NCBI RefSeq assembly: GCF_964204645.1
Contig: NC_134025.1
Span: 8,432,001 to 8,496,000 of the forward strand
DNA: 64,000 nt
Direction of reading: 5' to 3'
Source of the DNA: Tubulanus polymorphus
Taxonomy: Eukaryota > Animalia > Nemertea
The notes under the pieces are model-generated. The model saw only the letters and a program-made list of their open reading frames with translations, was not told the DNA's origin and searched no databases. This document shows positions 54,901-64,000 of this stretch, piece after piece. The position numbers and the translations under genes were made by a program. Position 1 is the stretch's first letter, and every line of letters begins with the position of its first letter.

Positions 54901-57900
54901 TATTCTATAAATCAAACGAACATTTTACATCGGTGATACTGATTCACAATGCTATGTATGATTAGATTCAACACAGAATATGGTTATACTAAGGGGTGAG
55001 GACTTGGAATATGTATTTAGATAATGCAGATTTGCAGGGTATTTATGATTTTTCTGTTTATTTTTAAAGAAGTGAAAGATTTTGTACCAAAGAAGACTAC
55101 TGAAGGAGGAGATCTGACACCTATATTTGAGGAACTACCAAAAAATGTATCGGTGAAGAAAGGCAAAACGATCACTCTGAAAGCTGTTTTCAGTGGTTCG
55201 CCGCAACCAACCGTGAAATGGTTGATCGCTGGCCAAGAGATTAAAGCAGGTACGGTACGCTTGATTATTTGTTATTTGTTGTGTCAATATTTATTTCGTT
55301 GACTGCCTACTACAGATAAAGCGCTGGTTAGAATCAGTGATCCATGGTTTCCACTTGAAATGATCATTAGAATTTCATTTCATTTCATGTTCAAACCACC
55401 TTTTGATCATTTTCAAACTTCCTCTTAGGGAACACACTTTGCATTGCATTTCTACCATTCTAAATAGGATACAATCTATCTTTTCTGCAGGTGGCCGAGT
55501 TAGAATAGAATCTATCCGTGACAAGACATCTCTGACAATCAAAGACAGTACGCCAAAAGACACCGGTAGATACGAAGTCATTATCAATAACAAACTTGGC
55601 ACTGACAGCACTCGGGCTTCAGTCACAGTTGAAGGTAAAAAGCAAATGGATAGAATTATTTTCAAAAATATAAAAGTTATTGAAAGGTTAAAAAGCTATG
55701 CATATACGATGATTTTGTCAAAATTTGAAATGGTAATTCCGAAATATAGTTTAGTGCAAGAAATTGTAATTCTGTAACTGTATTTGGTTTATTACAGACA
55801 TTCCTAATCCTCCAGCTGGGAAACCAGTAACTTCACGCGTGACAAAGAACTCGCTAACACTCTCATGGTCCGGACCGAACTACGACGGTGGCAGTCCAGT
55901 TACAAATTACATCGTCGAAGCTATCAAATTAGGCTCTGAATTTGAGAGGTGGCGCGTGCTTACATCAAATTGTAAGGTGAGTTGATGTATCTACTAATGA
56001 ATTGATCATAATTGATTAGTGATTTGGTGGCATAATTGATTATTTGATTGCAGCAATCATATACTTTTATCCAGTTTTATGTTTTGTTTGTCCAGCGCTA
56101 ATAATGCACAATAGCTCGATAGTATGACTTTACATAAACCGTGGCAATAATGACTGGACAAGTATATTTATGTTTGTGGGGTCAATGAGCAGAGTATACT
56201 TCCAACCAAATTCTTATCTCTGAGTATATGTATGAAAACATACGTATAGTTGAAAGGATTCCTGTGTATATTGCCTGCTTTATCTGAAATAAGAATCAAT
56301 TGAGGAACCAGTTTTGATAGTGGCTAGATAAAGTTATTATAGTGACTGGACTAGTTGATTTTATATTCAGTTCATCTCCCATTGTTGAGGAAGTAACTTG
56401 TTCAATAGATAAGTAAATCGGAATATATATACTCAATAATACATTGCAGAGTACATCATACCAAGTGAAAAATCTCGAAATGGACAAGGAATACCAGTTC
56501 CGTGTACGTGCTGAGAATAAACATGGATCCAGTGACCCTAGTGAATTATCAAAAGAAACACTTATGACTGATGATCTGGCTACAAGTCTATCAGAAGATG
56601 AGAGTAAGTTTATATCATTTACAGTTGATGATTTCCATTTCAACAACTTTATCTAACAACAGATGCCATAATGAAGTAGCCAATCCAAAAAAAAATAATT
56701 CATTTTTTAAAGTCTTCCTTTTGGCATTCTTAACCTGACGATGAACATTGCATGACACCAAAAGTTTGCATGATAAGATCTGTTGAAGCAATTAGCATCT
56801 AACTAAAGAAAAGTTGAAAATTGAAGGACACATTATCAAGAAACTTATTACCTGATAATACTGACTTTCACTAAGTATTTCATGATTTCTTCTTCTAAAA
56901 CTTGTAGATGTTTCCTTTTGACTTATTTTTGTTTTCATACTAACCTAGACATTTCTCGTCTGAATTTCCATTTTCTTTGTGCAGAGTGGGAGCCAAATCA
57001 AAAATATTCGTTCATATGATAACTGAGGTGTGCATGTGTTTTCCTTGTAGTTTTAACAAAGTATCCTATGCTGTGGCGTAGAACTAGTCTTTGGGAAACG
57101 GTGGTTGAATCTGAAGTTGATGGTAAATAATATATGAGAAATTGGCTTGATTTTCACTTACACGTGATGATATACGTGATTTCACCAACCACAGGGCAAA
57201 CGTGCAGGCATAAAAAACTGAAACAGCTTTCTGTGGTATGCTGTGAAATGAAAAATTTTGTAAGCACCACCACTGCACTTTTCATACTGCGGTTGCAATG
57301 ATATAACCTATTCATTTCACAATCATGAAATGTATTAGAATAGATTTATATCACCAAGAACAATATATGTTTTATTAACCAGTATCTGTAATATCATGTA
57401 TTCATTTGAAAGAGCACTGTGTGTAACCACCAAGTAATTAATTTGATAATTCCGAAAACACATACTAACTCAATTTGATTTTAATGTTCTTGAATATTAA
57501 TCTTTTATTTTGTTTTTTTTAATCTAAAGCTGATGGTTCCTTCAATCCAGGTGAAGTTCAAGTCAAGGTCAATCAGGACTATCATCAGTTCTATGATGTT
57601 CTTGAAAAACTTGGAAAGTAAGTACATATATTATTCTGAAGTACACTACAATATTTCCATAGTGAAACAAAAACAATGAACACATTTACTTTCCTTACAG
57701 GGGACGATTTGGCAGTGTTCATATGGTCAAAGAAAAAGCAAGCAAGCGAAAGTTTGCTGCTAAAGTCATCAAATATCGCACATCAGAGAAAGATGAGCGA
57801 TTCTGTGAAATTGACATTATGAAAGAATTGCGACACCCAAATCTTGTCCAATTATGGGATGCTTATGATTTGAAACGAACACTAGTCATTATTATAGAAT

Positions 57901-59831
57901 AGTAAGTCTAGACCTATGTATTTCTGTAGGATTATCATGTTGCTTAAGAGCTACATTTAGATATTGATATTTCAGTGTCGGTGGTGGTGAATTGTTTGAG
58001 CGAATCGTTGATGAGGAATTTGATCTCACTGAAAAGGACTGCATCGGTTTCATGCAACAAATCTGTAATGGACTTCGATTCATGCATCAACACAACATAC
58101 TGCATTTAGATCTGAAACCTGAAAATATTTTATGCATTGACAAACAGAGTACAAACATCAAACTCATTGACTTTGGTTTAGCTCGACGATTTGACCCGAA
58201 AAAGGAGTTGAAGGTACTCTTTGGAACACCTGAATTTATTGCTCCTGAAGTTATCAACTATGACAGAGTTGGATTTACCACAGACACTTGGAGCCTTGGC
58301 GTCATCTGCTATGTTCTGTGAGTACTTGAATAATGATATTCTCAATGATTATGATTATCTTAATATGACCTTAGATACTGACAATGCCAGTGTTAATTTT
58401 ACAGATTATCAGGGTTGTCTCCATTTGCTGGTGATAATGATCAGGAAACATTCGCAAATGTAACTGCAGCTAAATGGGACTTTGAGGACGATGAGTTCTT
58501 AGATATATCCGATGATGCTATAGAATGGATTGAAAAATTACTTCTAAAGAACAAAGAGTAAGCATTAAATTTCATGGAGTATGAGTGACTGACCCAGTAT
58601 GTGCGAGTTAGTTGGGAATCAGATTCTGTCTATTTTTTTTCCAGTTTTTGATAGATACATGTTTCTGATGATAACTAAATTATTTTTGTAGCAAACGTAT
58701 GGATGTGGAAGCCTGTTTGGCCCATCGATGGCTCGCTCAACCCACAGACCAAATGAAAGAGAAGAAATTAAGCAAAGAAAAATTAAAACACTTCCTCGCC
58801 AAGAGAAAGTGGCAGGTATGTAAATATGATCTGACAAAATTTTGTTTATGACAAGACAAACATTAAAGTTATATGAATTCAATGTGACTGGTTCAGAGTC
58901 TGGATGACTGCTTGCTTCTAAGTTGTAAGAAATGATTGAAATTTCATTATAACATACATAAAATTTTGAGTGCTTTACATGTACAATAACTGCATGAATA
59001 CTTCCTAATCCTAAACTTAAGAAAAGTTGAAAATAAAGTATGATTTAGCGGATAGATCATGACTTAACTCTTCCAATGCATGTTTAGATTTGATGTTAAG
59101 CCATTAATCAGTTGTTGAATATGAAATAGTTCATATAAACTTTGACAATTTATTATAAACTAACAATTACCGGTAGGTCACTATTTTTGTTGTTTTCATT
59201 AATTGCATGATGCATGGTGTTCTGATTTGTATTTTGTAGAAAACCGGGAATGCAATTCGAGCTATTACACGTTTGTCCCAGCTTCACAGTCGTTCTAGTA
59301 GCATGCCACGTGCTCACAGTGAAAGTAGTTTATTGAGTGGTGAATCAGACTCTGAACTCAGCGATGCGTCCGTTTCACCAGCGGGACATAGATCTTTTAC
59401 TCTCATTGATACCTAACCAGTTCGTCATAGAAACCGCCCGAAATCTTCTCACGGTCTGCTGTCATTTGTGTGTTCAGGTACAACAAGAAGCAGACGAATT
59501 CCTTGAATTGTCAAGCACTGATAAAGATCTGGAGAAGGCAAGCTTCTCCAAGAAGATGAAAGACAATGAACTGTTTGAAGGTGACACGGCACTCTTCGAG
59601 GTTAAAGTCACGTCTGCACCGAAATCCCGCGTCATTTGGTACAAGAATGATCGCGTGATGAAACCGGCAAAACATGTTGTATTCAAGCAAGAGAAAAATG
59701 GCGTTTATTCGTTGATGATTGAAAATGTTTCGATCGAAGATGACGCCGAATACAGTTGTGTGGCTTGGAATGCTGCTGGCCGCCGTTCGTGTGATGCCCA
59801 GCTGTTTGTCGAAGCTGTACAATCACCGTAA
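48973..59831 (+). CDS. MYLK: Myosin light chain kinase-like module (smooth-muscle MLCK architecture): Ig array, DFRxxL-like motifs, Ig-Ig-Fn3, kinase, CaM-binding segment, telokin-like Ig
   Basis: Exons 48973-49083, 49250-49431, 49784-50027, 50521-50718, 51384-51485, 51602-51799, 52062-52190, 53493-54076, 54223-54370, 55070-55249, 55491-55634, 55798-55976, 56450-56603, 57530-57617, 57701-57901, 57976-58317, 58405-58557, 58692-58815, then 59240-59416 and/or 59478-59831. Motifs LSWSGPNYDGGS, LGKGRFG, GGELFERIVDEEFDLTE, HLDLKPEN, DFGLAR, VLFGTPEFIAPEV and KKLSKEKLKHFLAKRKWQKTGNAIRAITRL. The symbol indicates family resemblance; orthology is untested. Confidence 0.88.
50820..50843 (+). CDS. Candidate 24-nt microexon (APQRHITS)
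   Basis: Branch-point-like actaac, acceptor tttatttcatcag, weaker donor ctg|gtatat. Phase 1-1. Confidence 0.4.
53051..53098 (+). CDS. Candidate 48-nt cassette exon (GAPHESVFYSTDDSFA)
   Basis: ttttgtgattacag| ... ccg|gtaaat. Phase 1-1, open frame, in a TGCATG-rich intron. Confidence 0.45.
57051..57122 (+). CDS. Candidate 72-nt cassette exon (ILTKYPMLWRRTSLWETVVESEVD) in the Fn3-kinase 2 linker
   Basis: ttttccttgtag| ... atg|gtaaat. Phase 1-1, open frame, TGCATG at 57031. Confidence 0.6.
57530..58815 (+). CDS. Kinase domain 2 (MLCK-type) with autoinhibitory segment
   Basis: All catalytic motifs present: GxGxFG, AAK, alphaC Glu (CEIDIM), HLDLKPEN, DFG, APE, DTWSLG. Confidence 0.95.
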
Positions 59832-61107
59832 CTTATTCATTAAATCATGTTCATTATCATCTTCATCATTATTATTATTATTGAAACAAAACTACTTGTT
59901 CATATCGTATTAATTGATTTGTTGTGATGAAAGATAGTTATCAAATCTTTTAAATGATCTAAAATGATTATGTTGTAATATGATCGAGCAAAGAATTTTC
60001 TCGGGTATGCACAAATGTTGTATGGTTTTTGATTTTGTGGACACTGCTGTATTTGACAATTTTGTGAATATCCTGACAAAATTTCACCATTCTGGGTTAC
60101 CTGTACACGATTTTTTTGTATCTATTTATTTCGTAGCATATGATTATTGATGAAATCGACTCCTTGAACAAATTTTGTTGGAGACCATTTTGATATGCAT
60201 TGTTATTCTTTTCCTGAGAGAAAACTTACGATGTGATTTGCACTGAATTATGACGAATCTTCTTATGCGCGTGTAACCGGGTGTAATCCTACCACCCGAC
60301 ATGCAATTGTTGAAATTTTTATTGTTACTATGGTAACCAAGTTATGTCTAGTTGTATTTGCATAAAGAAGGTTAAAAGAGCTAAATTTTGTTGTAGTTTC
60401 CCATTCAAGATGCTGTCTTTTTTGTTGCCTTATACCATATTGTAGTAAACCTTCTCTAGTTTATACAACTTAAAATCTTTAAGATGACATGGCTTTGGTG
60501 GCCTCCCGTGTTTTTGTACTGACTATGTGATATTGAGATATGAAGTGACAGAAATACCAGATTATGTAAAATGGTGAATGCTGCCCTTGTTGAAAAGTGG
60601 CTGCACCCATTCCAGATTATGTACATGTAATCTTTAAGATACATCACTGCATAAATGACCAATATGTTAAAAGAAAACTCGTCTGAGTTACGACTAACAA
60701 TTGCTGTGGTTAGATCCCTATTGAGTGATTTTGGAGTCTCGGAAATTGAAACTTAAGACCATTAAATTTCTGAACATTAATTTTCGATGAAGTTACTAAG
60801 TGGTTCATGATGGATTGCTGGGGATTGAGTACACGTTTGTGGCTATCTTCAGTTTAACTACCCTCTCTTTATTCATCGTGGACCACTTTGCTAACTTCTT
60901 TAACTTAGACCTGGGCACATGAATGACTGTTTGTGATATTTGGTGGAATATTCGTTTACGAAAGTACGATGGCTCCAATCACCTGTTAATGCTTATTTTT
61001 GAAATTAATCATTCACAAGCTGTTTTGCTACAATCTTCACCTATTTGTGTTATCACAAATATTATGATAAAAATTTACCGTTAAAGCTTTGTAACTTTGT
61101 TTGACCC

Positions 61108-61172
61108 AATAAATCCTGCTGTGCCTATTAGACAAAATATCCAGTTTTATTGTTAGTATTTTGAAGAATAAA
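61108..61172 (+). terminator. Candidate polyadenylation signals ending a ~1.3-kb 3'UTR
   Basis: AATAAA at 61108-61113 and 61167-61172, downstream of the last stop (59831), with T-rich flanks. Confidence 0.45.
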
Positions 61173-61739
61173 TGGAAAAATCCTGGAACAATCTATGAGA
61201 CCTTTCATCTGAGCGTCATGATCAATTTGGAATTATCGATTGAAAATTATTTCAGTAGTGTGTCAGTAATTGGAAAATTATTCAGTGGACAGACCCAACT
61301 GGAGACAGATCAGACCTTAATCGTCAACGGACAGCACTAGGAATTTAAAATTTTGTGGAATATCTAGGCCTACTGTGTCATACGAATTATACAGAAATTT
61401 ACAACACTACCTTAAAATATGTATTTATGTGCACTTACAATTTTAGATTCACACACATATCTTAATTTTCGATTTCTTTCTCGGTAGTTTTTCTACCATA
61501 ACAACCTAATTCAAGCAATATTACTCAAAAATTAGAATCTATCTAATTTCATCGTCGTTGATCTAATTACTATGGTTATACTCAGATGGACATTCTACAG
61601 AACCGCCATCAGGGTGGCCTTTTTGCCTTTTACAGTAAACAGAGCACATCATCAAATTAACTTTTTCATTAAAAAGATAGTTTAACAATCTGCGACATTT
61701 TCAAAGAATACAGAATTTATTCAGTCGACTCCGAGCCGC

Positions 61740-64000
61740 TGTCAGATCTTGACCGTAATGTGCTGCTCCTATATTAATTACTAGCGGTGAACGTGTGAAC
61801 TAACTCAGCCACACAATATTCCTACTGTGGCATGCGAGTTCGCATCCTCGCTTGCCAGGGGTCCGGTATCACTCTCGAACTCTAGACTGGTTGCCGGTCT
61901 CTACCTTCAGTTAGAGACCGCTAGAGACCGGTTGATCCCGTCCTCCATTTTACATTTTCGATGCATGTCAAACATGTCATTACATCGTACCGCAAGGACT
62001 GAGAATCACGAATCCTTTACGCAACACCTACCATACCCAGTATTCCGAAATACTCTGCAAGATATTCTCGAAGAAACTACAAAACCCTCTCATCAGTGTC
62101 ATGTACAGCAAGCAGCGGCAGATTAAGAATCAACTCCAACTACTACTCAATGATCACCAACTTAACGAAACTCAGAGAACCGCTATCGAATCCACTGCCA
62201 ACCGAATCCACGATCAACACATCAAGTCAGCACTTCATACCAAATACAGAAAATTCGACAAACTGAAAAAACTAGAACCAGCCAACACTACCGCCAACTC
62301 CAATGTCGTCAATCTGTCTACATACGAACCATCTCAAGCCGAACTAAATGTTCTCTCCAAAGGTCTGAGCTTTTGTCCCGCCAACAATATCGACAAAGTT
62401 CAACTCTGCGGCGACATGGAACAATTTTTCAGACACCTCCGCCTCAAAGAATTCTTCCCCAGAAAGAATACTATCGACACAGGAACCTCTACATCCACAC
62501 AGTATCGACCAGAAACAGAAACCACCACAGTACAAGCCGATACCGAAAACACGCCACACACACAGATCACCAGTTCAGGCACCACAGACATCACACCAAG
62601 TGATTGTAGCAGACTACCTGTACCCGTACTCAAGACCCAATCCAGTTGGTCTCCCCCCGAAGGCCGCAACACCAAGCTCGATCTTTACATCACCAGCTTC
62701 AGAAACAGAGTCAGATCAGAAATCATCAACACCAGACCTAAAACTCAATACAATCTCACTACAGCAGAACGAAAAGCCATACTTACACTCAGAAACAACG
62801 GAGACATCATCATCAAACCTGCCGACAAAGGAGGCGCCACTGTCATCATGAATCGAAACGACTACATCAACGAAGCACACCGCCAACTTCACAACACCGA
62901 CTTCTACAAAAAACTCGACCAAGACCCCACCAGCGAGTTTACCAAAAAACTCAAACAACTTATCAAACCTCTACCCACAGAATTGAAGAACTATCTACTC
63001 GCCACAATACCAGCTGATCCAACACTGGACACCTTCTACATTCTCCCGAAGATACACAAGAAGAATAACCCCAGACGCCCAATCATCTCCGGCATCGGAA
63101 CCATCACCGAGAATATATCAGGCTACATACGTAGATCGTCTCCTACGCCCATACGCAGCGAACACACCCAGTTACATACAAGACACCACAGATTTCATCA
63201 ACAAACTCGCAAACATCCCAGCAGACCTCCCAGCAGACACCCTACTCGTCACTATGGACGTCACAGCCCTCTACACTAGCATACCACATGAAGATGGACT
63301 TACCGCGATTTCCAGAACCTTACCTAACAACGAAAACTCACAGACCATCATTGATCTCACCAAGTTCATACTTTAACACAACTACTTCAAATTCAACGGA
63401 TCGCTCTACACCCAGACCAAGGGTACAGCTATGGGCACCAGAATGCCCCCCCCCCAATACGCCAACATATTCATGTCTGTCCTTGAAGAAGACTTCCTCC
63501 AAACAGAGCAGCACTCACCACTTTTATACAATCGCTTCATCGACGACATCTTCATCATTTGGACGCATGAGCTTGAAAAACTACTTGAATTCCACAGAAA
63601 CTTCACCAACTTTCATCCAGCTATCGAACTCAGCCTCGAACACTCGCCTCTTCAAATTCCTTTTTTAGACACTCTAGTTAAAATCATCAACGGCAAACGC
63701 GAAACATCGCTCTACAGAAAACCTACTGACACCTACAGCTACCTTCACGGCACCAGCTTTCACCCACCACACACCACGAGATCCATCGTCTTTAGTCAGG
63801 CCATTCGCTACCACAGAATCTGCTCCAACACTCAAGACCGCGACCAACACCTACAACAACTGAAAAATGCATTCCACCAACTCCAGCACAACCCTGAAAC
63901 CATCGACCAACAAATCACTCGCGCTACTCACATACCCAGAGAAAGAACACTCCAATACAAACCGCCCACGTTAGAAGAAACCGAAAGAATCCCCATCGCA
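61740..64000 (+). mobile_element. Penelope-like retroelement (RT), frameshifted, truncated by the window end
   Basis: Motifs [99 protein letters not shown] and LYRKPT..YL..SFHPPH..SQAIRYHRICS. Abrupt shift to C/A-rich composition. Frame changes near 63130, 63330 and 63450. The 5' boundary is approximate and the GIY-YIG domain is not within the window. Confidence 0.92.

Noticed and set aside
56985-57028. Strong acceptor tttctttgtgcag in the pre-kinase-2 intron
   Set aside because: In-frame stop after 11 codons and no supporting polyA evidence. Could be a truncating exon but is unsupported.
59414-59416. Stop-codon readthrough to reach the terminal Ig
   Set aside because: The Ig is in a different frame, and TAA is a poor readthrough codon.
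156-59822. Many minus-strand and off-frame ORFs overlapping Ig/Fn3/kinase exons
   Set aside because: Shadow ORFs of + strand coding exons, with no recognisable domains.
199-59831. ORF-track entries treated as separate small genes
   Set aside because: Their ends run into intronic sequence. They are exons of spliced genes.
59851-59882. Short TCA/TTA microsatellite in the 3'UTR
   Set aside because: Ordinary low-complexity sequence.
62060-62096. Minus-strand CTGATGA as a Penelope-associated hammerhead ribozyme
   Set aside because: No convincing stem II with GAAA core, and it lies inside the ORF.
1-64000. CRISPR arrays, tRNA/rRNA, prokaryotic operons
   Set aside because: None seen. The periodicity is protein-domain repetition in a spliceosomal-intron gene.

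Overview
Eukaryotic, AT-rich, compact-intron animal DNA, probably an invertebrate; the taxon cannot be determined from sequence alone. About 1-59.8 kb on the + strand is the 3' part of a giant titin/twitchin-family locus whose 5' end lies outside the window. In order it encodes five copies of a 10-domain (Fn3)3-(Ig)2-(Fn3)3-(Ig)2 super-repeat, a 5-domain half repeat, 16 tandem Fn3 domains, Ig-Ig-Fn3, an intact twitchin-type kinase and ten Ig domains. After a 6.5-kb intron comes a phase-compatible smooth-muscle-MLCK-like module: Ig domains, DFRxxL-like motifs, Fn3, a second intact kinase, a calmodulin-binding segment and a telokin-like Ig. That intron holds a same-strand, intronless 696-aa ORF with an MG..C N-terminus, one Fn3 and a basic tail carrying a cluster of SxIP (EB-binding type) motifs, plus a candidate alternative first exon for the MLCK module. 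Several in-frame microexons or cassette exons, some adding PKA-type sites next to each kinase, lie in introns, three of them enriched in TGCATG. The window ends in a frameshifted Penelope-like retroelement. All exon boundaries were read by eye from GT/AG sites and frame continuity and need RNA-seq confirmation.
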